Source: Raja brachyura (taxonomy: Eukaryota). Taken from it: 64,000 nucleotides of DNA. A model generated the notes under the pieces. It saw only the letters and a list, made by a program, of their open reading frames with translations, was not told where the DNA came from and made no database searches. Numbering within the stretch: position 1 is the stretch's first letter; every line of letters starts with the position of its first letter. Shown piece after piece: positions 38,901 through 51,705 of this stretch. Location of the stretch: the NCBI GenBank assembly GCA_963514005.1, contig OY740803.1:20150001-20214000 (forward strand). Reading direction: 5' to 3'. Position numbers and translations under genes: made by a program.

Positions 38901-40572
38901 TGGGACGGGGAAAAATATTTGACACGAATTGATGGACTTGATGATCCTTCTTTTCAATTACACCTTTGTTATATAATTTTGTGAGTTCAGCTTGAACCTC
39001 TATAACCTCTGTTTGGGAAAAATAAAGTGTTCTAATAAAAACATGTTGGAAAGATAAAGCACCATTTGGAATAAATTCAATCCGAAACCCTTGAATTACA
39101 CTCCTGATTAATAGATCTGAAGTAAGCTGCTTCCATTCATTATAAAAAGCTGTAATCTACCACCAATTCTTTCTTGAGTTATATTTAATATGTTTTTATG
39201 AGAACCAGGTCCACCTACCTCCCTGGTAACTGGTACACCCTGCTGACTCCAGCCGCTGGCAGTGGTCCCCATAGTTGCTCGTGCTCCCGCCGAGGGATAC
39301 CATCCACGTCCCTATGCAGAGGACCGGCTTGTCCCTGGAGTAATCCCGGACGCTGAGGTGGTTCTGTAGGGATACTTTCTCTTCAGCTGTCTGCCAGGCA
39401 TCATTGGTCTCATCAGACTCACTGTTTTAGCGTCTTCATTTATTTCTTTGACCTGCTTGGTAAGATCTGCGCCAAACAGCAGATCAGGTGGTTGAATATT
39501 TGCTGCTTACAAAGCGCAGCATATCTAGAATTAATGGTGGGCCTTATAGCCCTTTTCCTGAGACCATTGATCTCGAAATGGGTGTTGCATAACAACCCTA
39601 GAGCCTCTTGGTGTGTTCTGGTCACAAAACCACCATCCATTGTTCTTGCAAATGCTGTAATACCAGCAGGCAATAACTTAAAAATTCTCTGCATTTTAAT
39701 CTCTTGGCTTCGCATGCCGGGTCCCATCTGACCCCATATGACTTGATTCACCGTTGGAACTCTTAATAACTCACAGTTGCTTGGAGGCTTGTGTTTTTTG
39801 GCTGTCTCATCCATAGTAAGCTCCTGAAGCTGATGAGACACCATGTAATTTATTGTGGTAGCCAGCTCTTCACCTAGCGGCTCCCCTGCTCCTGATGGGA
39901 CAGCAAATGGAAGTGCCAGTTTTGGAACATCTGGTAACTCTGTTTCTCCTGGCTAAACTTCCCCATCAGAATCTGGCTCAGGACTAATCTGGCCCATTGC
40001 ACTCCCTTCAAATTGAAAGGGATTCTCTGGCAGCACTGCTGCTGCTGGTGCTTCTTTTTTTAAGCGCTAACACTCCTTCTCTTGGAGTGAAGTTCTTTGG
40101 AGGACTGTATGCAACAGTTCCTCCACATGGGATAGGCATGTACAAACTCTATCCAGCCCCGATGAGGAATCATCCCCCAACTCCGTGGGCCTAGCAGACT
40201 TATCGGTTGCCTTGCGCCTTAATGGCGATGGTTCTGTGCTGTGTAGCACTAAGTCTGCAGTCGCTGTTTCTGTACTTAGTGACTGAACAGGGGTATAAGA
40301 CAGGGCTTCCAAGCCTAGACTGCTGCGGCCGGTTGAAACAAGCCACTTTCTCTTCCCTGTTTTTTTCCCATGCTAGCACTCGGTATAGCGTACCGGCCAG
40401 CACGGATTCAAACTCCAGTCAAACATTTTTAATGTACCTGGAGTCTGCATACCTACCGCTGGAGGAGCTCCATTCCTCGCAGCCTCCGTGCGTCAATGCG
40501 GCTGACGTACTGGTGCGCATGCAGCCTGGTGGGTCTTCTTCACGGAATCACTCACGTGACTCCGAAGTAAAA
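35948..40572 (-). mobile_element. DIRS1-like tyrosine-recombinase retrotransposon, full length, decayed
   Basis: Gag-like region about 40312-39440; RT (IDLKDAYY, YLDD) 38925-38365; RNase H (LQTDVSALGWGA, DNTTAVAYVN); methyltransferase-like domain (VDLFASRLN..YAFPPF) 37724-37485; tyrosine recombinase (SAQRVQ..SRWLK..SRSTR) 37159-36458. ITRs and an internal complementary region at 36171-36280. Confidence 0.92.
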
Positions 40573-41064
40573 CTTAGTCTTTATTAATACACCTAAGTGG
40601 GGTAACCTTTTCACATGGAGAGTGGTGGGTATATGGAATGAGGCAGGTACAATAACAACATAGAAAATATATTTGGATGTGTACATGGATAGGAATAGGA
40701 TGGGCAAATGGTACTAGTTTAGATGGGGCATCTTGGTTAGCATGGACGAATTGGACTGAAGGGTGTCAGGGGTAATGGGGAGAAGGCAGGGGAACGGGAT
40801 TGAGAAGGAATGATAGATCAGCCATGATTGAATGACGGAGTTGACTTGATGGGTAAATGGTTTAATTCTGTTCCTATAACTTATGAACTTATGAAGGGTC
40901 TGTTTTCATGTTGTATAGCTCAGTGACTCTATGTACAGGTGTACAATTAATTCCTAGTGATTTCCTGATTAACTCACTGCTGTAGCTTGCTATTGTTACA
41001 CATAAATCACAAACTCATGGCTTAGACTTGGATTCCATCCATCAGAGATGAACAAGCCAGGTTA

Positions 41065-41900
41065 ACGCCGCATTGATGGCAGCCTCTGCCTACAGTCTGT
41101 CTGTTTTTCTGTCTTTCTTTTATTTTTAGTCAGTTTTAAAAGTTTGTTTTGGAGATTTCTTTAGCTTTTCTATGTGGGGGAGGGGGATAGGGTAAGGGGG
41201 AAACCGTTTACCAGTCACTTCCTGGCGAGGATGTGACTATTCTCTGAGTCATGTCCTCGCCCCCCTTCTCATGGCCTACCACCTGGATTGGAGTGGCCTT
41301 TCTGCTGGGGACCCGGTCCAGAGCTTCAGCAGCGGCGGCGCAGCGCTGGATACATCACGGAGCGGGCGATTGCTTACCTGGATTGCCGCTGAAGCTCCGG
41401 AATGTTGGGCCTGCTGCTTCAACATCGGAGCTGTGGTTCGTAGAGCTTCCAGCGGCGGCGGCGGCGCTGACTTCAACATCACGGAATCCTGGGGCCCTTT
41501 GCCGAGGGCCGCCAGCGTTGAATCTCTCTCCAGCGCGGCCTGTGGACTTCGGGAGCCGCGGACTCCGGTAGGAGGTGGCCAATTTGGATGTCCAAGCCGC
41601 TGAGGATGTCCTCCAGTCCCGACGTCGGACTTACATGACCCCGGCGAGCGGGCCTGAACACCGGGGCACCCGTAGCGGTGACAGCGGGGGGTTCGGGAGC
41701 CCCCCGACCACGGGAGGACAATAGAGGAGGATGACTGAATTTTGGAGCCTTCCCTCACAGTGGGAAATTTTGATCCCACTGTGTGGGGATGTCTGTGTTA
41801 AGACTATTGTGGTCTGTGCTCTTTATTATTCGTACGACTGTATGGCGACCACACATTTCACTGTACCAATTGGTACATGTGACAAATAAATGTATTTTGT
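41065..41900 (+). repeat. Unclassified GC-rich interspersed repeat with a LINE-like 3' tail
   Basis: Internal CTTCAACATC/GGAGCT repeats; ends ATTTCACTGTACC..GTGACAAATAAA plus a short tandem tail. A structurally similar element lies on the minus strand at about 345-945. Confidence 0.5.
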
Positions 41901-44900
41901 AATGTTGTAATCTTGTAATCTTGTCAAAGTATTGTAGTCTTCTCCAAGTTCCAAACTCAAGGTTGTCCTTTACAATACTTCGTTGTTGCTGCTGATATCT
42001 TGATGTTCCTTCCATTTTATGTTCTCCCCTGATCTTCCAGAATGGCCTGGACTTACACTGACGGACCTCTGAACAACATTTTATGATATGTGGCTGCATA
42101 TCTGATAAATGTTATGCATTTATATTGGACTTAAGCTTATGTACTCAGTCTCAAATGTCACCTATCCATTTGTGTCTTTCATTTAAGAGACTTTTGAATA
42201 GGCACATGGATACACAGGGAATGGAGGGATATGGATTATGTGCAGGCAGATAGAAGTTGGTGTTGACCTCATGTTCAGCATGGGCATTGTTCCTGTGCTG
42301 TGCTGTTCTATGTTCTATTTTCAGTGTTATTTGGACTGTGGTCAGCAACTTTTGTTCTGATTTTCAATTATGAAAAATCATTTTCATTACGTTTTGACTT
42401 TACTTTAGACTTTGGAGATACAGCCCTTCACAGAAACAGGCCCTTCATTCCACTGAGCAATCACCAGGGATCAACCCCATACACTAGCACAAGACTACAC
42501 ACTAGGGACAATTTACAATTTTACCAAAGCCAATTAACCTACAAATCTATATGTCTTTGGATTGTGAGAGGGAACCAGAGCATTGGGAGAAAACCCACAT
42601 GCTCACAAGGAGAATGTACAAACTCTGTACAGACAGCACCCGTAGTCAGAATCAAACCCGGGTCTGGTGCTGTGCGGCAGCAGATCTACTGATGTGCCAC
42701 CCTTTAGCGGGTATCGGCATCATGTTTGGCATAGATATTGTGGGCTGAAGGGCCTGGTCCTGTGCTGTACTGTTCTATGTTCTATGTTCTGTGTTCTTTG
42801 GATTGAGATCAACAATTTCTTCTTGGTCTTCAGTGGTGAAAAGTCAAGTGTATTAACATCTGTGTGCAGAATGCTCAGAAACATTGAGGTTACAGGCTCA
42901 GAAATACTAATAATTATTATTAATGATATATAGATATAGAAGATTGGTGCCACCTGCCCACATCCTTGATGGGCTCCATTTTATTATGCTCAGTTCAGTT
43001 TATCTTTCTGAGCTCTACCCGAAACTATTCTTGTTGATAGAAGCAAATAAAATATAAAGGTCACAATGATGCTTCTCACTCTTTTCTGAAACCTGTTTTG
43101 AAGTAAATCAATCTGCGGATGTTCTACTAACCTTAAGTCTGCACATAGTCTGCAGATGAAAAGATAACAATGATAGAAAAGGGTGAAAGGCTAGAAACAA
43201 CAGATGTTTAAAGAGTCCCGGGGATGTGGAAACCTAACTCTGATCCGTAAAGTAAAATGAGTACGTATGGAAGTCTTCATCTGAAGCAGTCTCTTTCATA
43301 ATGTGGCACAGTGGTGCAGCTGGTAGAGCCACTGCCTCACCCTGCTAGGGACCATATCCAATCCTGACCTCGGGTGCTGTTTGCATGGAGTTTGCACCTT
43401 TTTCCTGTGAATACGTGGGTTCCCTCCGGGGGCGCCGATTTCCTCCCATATCCCGAAGACGTGCGGGTTTGTAGGTTAATTGGCCTCCGTGAAATTTCCC
43501 CTAAAGTGTAGGGAGTAGATGTGAAAGTGGGATAACGTAGAACTAGTGTGAATGGGCTATCGATGGTGACCATGGACCCGGTTTGTCAAGAGGCCTGTTT
43601 CCATGCTGTGGCTCAAAATATAAAATTAAATGACAAATCCACTCCAGGTTGTGGCATCTGAACTGGCAATGAGACCAATATCATAATGGCTGCCTCTTTC
43701 ACAGGGCTGGGATGGAAGAATAGTTCATGAGGTAGTGCATTCCTCCACTGCTTAAACAAGTTCATAAGGTCATAAATTATAGGACCAGAATTAGACCATT
43801 CGGCCCATCTAGTCTATTCAGCCATGGCTAATCTATCATTCCCTCTCAACCCCATTCCCTTGCCTTCTCCCCATAATGCTTGACACCTGTACTAATCAAG
43901 AATGTGTCAATATCTGCTTTAAAAACATCCATTGACGGCCTCCACAGCCGTTAGCGGCAATAAATTCCATAGATTTACTATGGCTTACTCCTGCACCTAT
44001 TGTCTATTGTCTATTACCCACTGACTAAATACATTCCTTCTCATTTCCTTTCTAAAGGCATGTCCTTTAATTCTGAGGCTCTGGCCTCTTGTCCTAGACT
44101 CTCCCACTGGTGGAAACATCCTCTCCACACCAAATCTATCAGGCCTTTCACTATTGGTTAAGTTTAAATGAGGTGACCCCTCATCCTTCTAAACTCCAGT
44201 GAGAGCAGTGCTGCCAAATGTTCATCATATGTTAACACAATCACTTCTGGCATCATTCTCATTAACCTCCTCTGGACTACCATTAACTATCCAACATCAA
44301 CATCATCCTTCCTCAGAGACTGTATTCTCAAGGCTTCTTTCTCTTTGGTCCTGATGCATGGATACCAACATCATCCCGAATGCTTCTTCTCCACCTGAGC
44401 ATGTTTGGACTGGAAGTTCCCAGGACTTAGTGGGATTCTTGTTTTTTGGCTCTTCGTCAGGAAGGCTTTAAGGAGCGCATCTTTGATCCTTCTCCTTTGT
44501 CCACCTGATGATCACTTCCTACAACAGATCACAGAATAATATGTCTGCAATGGCATGATGGGTTCTACCAGCGATCTGTCATGAACCAACCATACTGATG
44601 CGACAGCCAATAAGACACACGAATGCCTTCACTTCCTTAGGACACTGAGGAATTTTGGCAGCGGGCTGGGACACTCTGGTGGGCATTGGGCCAGGACACT
44701 CTTGGCAAGCAGCGGGCTGGGACACTCTGGTGACCACGGAGAGCATTGGGCCGGGCTGATCCCAGAAAACAGGCCTAAAGCCCCTGTCCCACTTTCACGG
44801 CCTAATTGATGACCTCTACCAAGTTTGCCCTTGACTTATACTCACAGCATGGTCGCCACGAGGTCGTAGGAAGTCTTCGTAATTCTTCCTCATGCTCATG

Positions 44901-44959
44901 AGTGGTCTCCACGTACTCGTGGCCTCAAGTAGGTTGCGGAAGGCAGATTCAACTAATTT

Positions 44960-45415
44960 AATATCATATTTGTATAATATTATCCTAAATATAGAAATAC
45001 CATCATCTGATATAATTAGAAGAGATTGGGAACAAGAACTAGCTATAAAAATCTAGAGAGTTGGGATAAACACTTGCTATATGTGCACAAATGCTCAATC
45101 AATGTAAGACATATTTTAATCCAATTTAAAACTTTACATAGACTACATTATTCAAAAATTAAAATAAGTAATTTTTTTCCAAATGTCTCCCCAATGTGTG
45201 ATAAATGTTTAATCCCAAGAAGCAACCATAATGCATTCCTTTGTTTTTTGCATAAAAATCCAAAAAGTCTGGAATCTTTGAAATTTTTACAAAATTATTC
45301 AAAATAAAATTGAAACCGAATGCAGAATTGATTATTTTTGGAACAATGGAAGCCAGCTGTGAGCTGACTTCATTCCAAAAGAACTTCCTTAATTATGGCT
45401 TAATAATGGCAAAAA
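44960..45415 (+). mobile_element. L1-clade LINE ORF2 C-terminal fragment
   Basis: HILIQFKTLHRLHYSK..VSPMCDKC, the region preceding the Cys-rich knuckle of vertebrate L1 ORF2. Confidence 0.7.
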
Positions 45416-46745
45416 AACGTTTTGGGGTATGTCTCTACCAGCTTTGCACATCTAGAGACTGAAATTTCTGTCCATTCTTCTTTGTAAAATAGCTCAAGTT
45501 CAGTCAGATTGGATGGAGAGCATCTGTGAAAAGCAATTTTCAAGTCTTGCCAGAGATTCTCAATTGGATTTAGGTCTGGACTTGGACTGGGCCATTCTAA
45601 CACATGAACATGCTTTGATCTAAACCATTCCATTGTAGCTCTGGCTGTATGTTTAGGGTCGTTGTCCTGCTGGAAGGTGAACCTCCACCCCAGTCTCAAG
45701 TCTTTTGCAGACTCTAACAGGATTTCTTCCAAGATTGCCCTGTATTTGGCTCCATCTATCTTACCATCAACTCTGACCAGCTTCCCTGTCCCTGCTGAAG
45801 AAAAGCATCCCCACAGCATGATGCTTCCACCACCATGTTTCACATTGGGGATGGTGTGTTCAGGGTGATGTGCAGTGTTAGTTTTCCGCCACACATAGCG
45901 TTTTCCATTTAGGCCAAAAACTTCAATTTTGGTCTCATCAGACCAGAGCACCTTCCTCCACATGTTTGCTGTCCCCCACATGGCTTGTGGCAAACTGCAA
46001 ACGGGACTTCTTATGGCTTTGTTTCAACAATGGCTTTCTTCTTGCCACTCTTCCATAAAGCCTCGATTTGTGGAGTGCACAACTAATAGTTGTCCTGTGG
46101 ACAGATTTTCCCACCTGAGCAATGGATCTTTGCTGCTCCTCCAGAGATACCATGGGCCTCTTGGCTGCTTCTCTGATCAATGCTTTCCTTGCCCGGCATG
46201 TCAGTTTAGGTGGACGGCCATGTCTTGGTAGGTTTGCAGTTGTGCCATACTCTTTCCATTTTCGGATGATGGATTGAACAGTGCTCCATGAGATGTTCAA
46301 AGCTTGGAATATTTTTTTATAACCTAACCCTGCTTTAAACTTCTCCACAACTTTATCCCTGACCTGTCTGGTGTGTTCCTTGGGCTTCATGATGCTGTTT
46401 GTTCACTAATGTTCTCTAACAAACTTCTGAGGCCTGAGAACAGCTGTATTTATATTGAGATTAGATTACACACAAGTGGACTCTATTTACTAATTAGGTG
46501 ACTTCTGAAGGCAATTGGTTGCACTGGATTTTATTTAGGGGTATCGGAGTAAAGGGGGCTGAATCCTTTTGCATGCCACACTTTTCAGTTTTTTATTTGT
46601 AAAAAAATTTGAAAACCATGTATCATTTTACATCCACTTCACAATTATGTGCCACTTTGTGTTGGTCTGTCACATAAAATCCCAATGAAATACATTTACG
46701 TTTGTGGTTGTAATGTGACAAAATGTGGAAAAGTGCAAGCCACTG
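45416..46745 (-). mobile_element. Tc1 (DD34E) transposon, one frameshift, 3' end truncated
   Basis: Transposase in ORFs 46390..45938 and 45993..45400: HTH region, GRPPKL, WSDETK, FQQDNDPKH and SPDLNPIE with 34-residue spacing. 5' terminus CAGTGGCTTGCA, flanked by TA at 46746-46747. Confidence 0.92.
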
Positions 46746-48629
46746 TAGTCGTAAGTAGTCATATGTAGTCATAGTTGGCCCGAGAAAAAAAATACAAACA
46801 TTACATCATTTTATCATGTGATAATGTTCCACTCGTAGCTGAGGTGGGGCCGCTGCCACGTGCAGCGGCAGGCAGTAGACAGGACTCTCCGATACTTTTC
46901 TAACTTTGTCGACGCCAACACATGGTGACACGTGTGCACTGCCTCGGTCGTGTACAAAACAAAGCTTTTCGCTACACCTAGTGTGACATGTGACAATAAC
47001 ATATTATTAATTCAGTCATGTCTACGGTGACTGAAAACATCTATGATGCACCATGGAGAGCAAACTGTGGCTTGCTTGGTTTGGGAACAGCTCTGCCCGA
47101 GACCGCAAGGAGTTGCAGCAAGTTGTAGTTGTGGTCCAGTTCATTACACAGACCTTTTGAAGGCAGTATGAGGTGTAGCTGGAGTCAATGGTCTGTGTGA
47201 TGGGCTGGGCTACATCCACATCTTTCTACAATTTCTTCTGGTCTTGTGCAAGCTATTCCCAGCGGATTTTGACTGTCTGTCCTATCTATGAGTAGGAAGG
47301 AACTGTAGATGCTGGTTTAAAATGAAGATAGACACAAAAAGCTGGAGGAACTCAGTGGTACAGGCAGCATCTCTGGAGTGAAGGAATGGGAGACGTTTTG
47401 GGTCTTAAGAAGGATCTTGACCAGAAATCATTTCTTCTGCAGAGATGTTGCCTGAATCACTGAGTTACTTCATCTTTTTGTGTATGTGCTATCTATGACA
47501 TGCTACAGGTCTCCACTCAAACTCTAGCTTTCTAGGGAAAACAACCCAAGCTAATACTCTCTAATCCTGGTAAACCGCACCAGCACCAATTACAAATCCT
47601 TCCTGTCGTGGGGTGACCAGAAAAGCATGCAATGCCTCAAATATGGTCTAACGCGGTGTGCAGAAAGGAACTGCTGATGCTGGTTTATTCCGAAGATAGA
47701 CTATCTTTGATCAGACTTTGCTTGCTTTACCTTCCACCTTGCACTAAACGATATTCCCTTATCATGTAGCTGTGCACTGTGTATGGCTCGATTTTAATCA
47801 TGTATTGCTTTTCCGCTGGCTGGATAGCACGCAACAATACATTTCCACTGTGCCTCGGTTCACGAGACAATAAACTAAACTAAATTAAACTAAACTAGAT
47901 GCAAAGTGCTGGAGTAACTACCACCAATATCTTTCAATAAATATTTAATTTATTAACTTATTTAATCAGTCCTCTTTTCTCTAACACTTGTTTTAACTCG
48001 ATGTGAAATCGTTTTGCAGACCATCGTGCACCAGTAACATTCAAATATATTTAACGTACTTATTCAAGTTTGTTTTTTGTGAAATTGTGACTCCGAAATT
48101 ATTTCATAATTCACACAAAGTGCTGGAGTAATTCAGCGGTCAGGCAGCATCTTTGGAGAACATGGACAGGTGACATTTCAGGACGGGACTCTTTTTCAGT
48201 TTGCCCATTTATATTCTCCAGACATGCTGCCTGACCCACTGAGTTACTGCAGCATTTTATGTTTTTATTTGTAAACCAGCCTCTGCACTTCCTCGTGTTT
48301 ACATTATTCACAGGTTTTGAGCAAAAAAGTAAATAAGTTAAGCAAATTATCAATTCATATTTTTTCCATTTCATTTTCCCTTGCATTGTGAATAACTGAG
48401 TGTAAAGCATCAAGTAACTATTTTCAAAAATGACACAAAGTGCTGAAGTCCAGCTTTCTTCTCCCCTCTATAATCAGTCTGAAGAAGGGTCCCGACCCAA
48501 AATATCACCTCCATGTCCTCCAGAGATGCTGTCTGACCTGCATCTGGTGGCATGACCTGAGCTATGCCAGCATTGTGTGTCCTTTAGTATATTAACCAAC
48601 ACCTGCATCTCTTTATCTCTACCAGCAAC

Positions 48630-48756
48630 TAATCTTCCTGTCAGCGTCAACGTCATCTGTCAACGTGGTTTCAAAATTGGCTTCAAAGTGAAACTTGCTT
48701 AGAACACCAGCTCAGATATAAAATGTTTTGACAGAAGCAACCAGCAAGGAAGAAAT
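48630..48756 (+). promoter_or_regulatory. Putative lymphoid promoter of gene 2
   Basis: TATAAAA at 48717-48723; ETS CTTCCTG at 48634; CRE half-sites CGTCA at 48645 and 48651; E-box CATCTG at 48654; RUNX-like CGTGGTT at 48664; TCF/LEF TTCAAAG at 48682; IRF-like AAGTGAAACT at 48686. Confidence 0.55.
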
Positions 48757-48814
48757 ATGTCTGCGCAAATATTCCTCAGCCTTTCGTTTTTATTCGTTCC
48801 GACGGTAACTGCAG
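48757..48814 (+). CDS. Gene 2 leader exon (MSAQIFLSLSFLFVPTVTAG)
   Basis: ATG at 48757, a signal-peptide-like sequence ending V-T-A/G, and a strong phase-1 donor CAG|GTAAGA at 48815. Joins in frame to the V exon at 57955. Confidence 0.75.
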
Positions 48815-49399
48815 GTAAGAAACAGCTTCCAATTAAGTCTCATGAATTTTAAATAATAACTGCACACCAGAAATGTTTTGCCACACTTGTTTGTTCCTCT
48901 ACAGGTTTGAATGTAAAGTGGTCAGAAGTGATCGTAAATGTTCAATCTTCCTTTGGGATAGCCTTTGACAAATATTGTCCCTGCACTGTAGAAACAAGGA
49001 ATTGCAGATGCAAGTTTGCAACAAAAATGACACAACGGGCTGGAGTAACTCAGCGGGTCAGGCATCAGCCCTGGAGAACTTGGATAGGTGATGGTTCGTG
49101 TCGGGACATTCTTCTATCCCGACCTGAAACATCACCTATCCACGTTCTTCATTGCCACGGAACTAATCCCTTCATCTATGATTCTCCTTAAATCCCAGAG
49201 TTTAGGATAGATTTTCCGAATCTAGGTTCTGTGGTCTAATGTTTAATTTTCTCACTCTTGTGGTACATTTTGGGATGTGTTTCTATATTGGTAAGAAATT
49301 ATAAAAATGCATGCTGTCCTTTTCTTGTGCTATCTTGAACCGTGATCTTTATTAGAACATTGAAACTTCAACTTTTCCAATGTAAATACAGTAATAGAG

Positions 49400-49980
49400 T
49401 TATAGAACCATAGAGTCTTACAGCATGGAAACAGGCCCTTCCGTCCAACTTGGCCACACCAGCCAACATCCCATCTACACTCGTCCCACCAGTCTGCAGG
49501 TGGCCCGCATCCCTTTAAACCTGTCCTATCCATGTACCTGTCTAAATATGTTTTAAACATTGTGATAGTGCATGCCTCCACTATCTCCTCTGGCAACTCG
49601 TTCCATACGCCGACCACCTTTTGTGTGAAAAGGTAACCCATCAAGTTCCTATTAAATCTTTCCACCCTCACCTTAATTTCCTTACTCTGTACAAGAGACT
49701 CTGTACTTTTACCTGATCTATTCCTCTCATGTGCACCACTATAAATAAGATCATCCCTCATCATCCTGCAGTCCAAGAAATCGAGTCCGAGCCTGCCCAG
49801 CCTCGCCCTATAGCTCAAGCCCTTGAGTGCTGACAAGCTTATAAATCTTCTCTGCACCCTTTCCAGTTTGACAACATCTATCTTCTAACTTGGTGCCCAA
49901 AACTGAACACAATACTCTAAATGCGGCTTCACCAATGTCTTGCACAATTGCAGCATGATCTCCCAAATTCTATACTTAAA
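49400..49980 (-). mobile_element. CR1 LINE 3' fragment (gene 2 intron 1)
   Basis: ORF 49330..49857 (FTQKVVGVWNELPE). Confidence 0.85.
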
Positions 49981-51229
49981 TATTAATATAATCCCAATAC
50001 GAAATAATCAACATTGAAGCAGTTGATATTCTTCAGTCTGAAGAAGGGTCTTGACCCGAAACGTCGCCTATTCCTTCCCCATAGATACTGAGTTGAGCAG
50101 TCGAGGACTGTAGGATGATGAGTTTCTCCAGCATATTTTGTCTACCTTTGATTGGTCCGGCATCTGCAGTTCTTTCTTAAACATGAAAGCGATGATACCT
50201 AACTATGTTTTACAATCCTTAGTCTTTAAAGCTGCAAATAATTGAACTAATTTAAAAGTTTTAATCAAAAGATAAATTCTGCAATACCAATAATGAATCT
50301 ATCAGGTGAAAAATAAAGCTAATCTTTAAGGAATTTGTTTTATATATTTGTGACCTTCAAAATGATATTGGGTTTGAATTAAAATACATTACATACAAAA
50401 AATGAACACTGTAAACCAAAATCTCATTGGAACATCCAAACATATATTTTTTAAACTTCCATAGTGAGGAAAAGACTTCGGAGTCGCCTCTCTTTGAAAA
50501 ACAAATAAAATATTGCATTTGCTGGGAAATAAATTGCTCGGTGTTCAGTCAGATAGGCAGTATATGTAAAGAGAAAAACAAATTAAAGTTTCAGATCAAG
50601 AATTATTCCATTTCCTGGCTCTCCTTATTAGGAATATTACCTTATCATATACAAAAATTGAAATGTAGGCACAAAAGATATCAAAGATTGAGAAATAAAT
50701 GAGCAAAGACAAAATGCTGGAGGAACTCAGCGGGTTAGGCAGCATCTTCAGAGGGAATGAACAGACGACATTTCAGGACCCATCTTCCGACTGAGTGAAA
50801 CAAATGTTCTTTTGCACCTCAAACCCGTACTGTTTCAACAAATCATATTTGACATTTCTTTAATTATAAATATTTAGGTTTAAGAAACAGTTTCAAAATT
50901 AGTTTATTTTATTCTTGAACTTATTTTATTTGCATGTTTTAATTCTTAAATTCTCAATATCTTAATATGTTTCAATTACATTTAAAGATTTGAAAAGTAA
51001 AAATGGAAGTTCTTATGTTTTTGCAGAAATAATTGTAAATTATTGCAGTTACTTGCAATTTCCACAACCCAGGTTTGGCAAAGTCAAAGGCTTTGCTTTA
51101 AAGTGTGAAGGGCAAAATTTAAAAGAGACTTCCATGGATAGGCAGAGAATGGAGGGATATGGATCATGTGCAAGCAACTGAGATTAGTTTAACTTAGCGT
51201 CATGATCGGCAGGGACATGACACCAAGGA

Positions 51230-51705
51230 GAGAATTGTGGATGCAGCTCTGACCATCACACAAATCAATCTCCCTTCCATTGACTCCATCTACACCTCAC
51301 GCTGCCTCGACAAAGGCCAGCAGCATAATCAAGGACAAGACGCACCCCGGCCACTCCCTCCTCACCCCTCTCCCATTGGGCAAGAGGTACAGAAATGTGA
51401 AAACGCACACCTCCAGATTCAGGGACAGTTTCTTCCCAGCTATCATCAGGCATCTGAACCAGCCTACCAACAATTAGAGAGCAGCCCTGAGCTACTATCT
51501 ACCTCATTGGAGACCCTCAGAATATGTTTTATCCAACTTTACTGGATGTTATCCTGCATTAAACATTATTCACGTTTTCCCTTTATCTTGTATCTATACA
51601 TTGCGGATGGTTCGATTGTAAGCCTGTGTTCGCTTTCCGTTGACTTGTTAGCACGCAACAAAACACCGTACATCGGTACACTTGACAATAAACTAAACTA
51701 AAAAA
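51230..51705 (+). mobile_element. Rex1/Babar LINE 3' fragment
   Basis: KASSIIKDKTHPGHSLLTPLPLGKRYR..SRFRDSFFP, ending with AATAAACTAAACT. Confidence 0.8.

Noticed and set aside
41251-41779. Overlapping GC-rich ORFs or a CpG-island gene (similar ORFs at 380-688 and 22300-23200)
   Set aside because: They lie inside interspersed repeats and have no splice structure or recognisable protein motifs.
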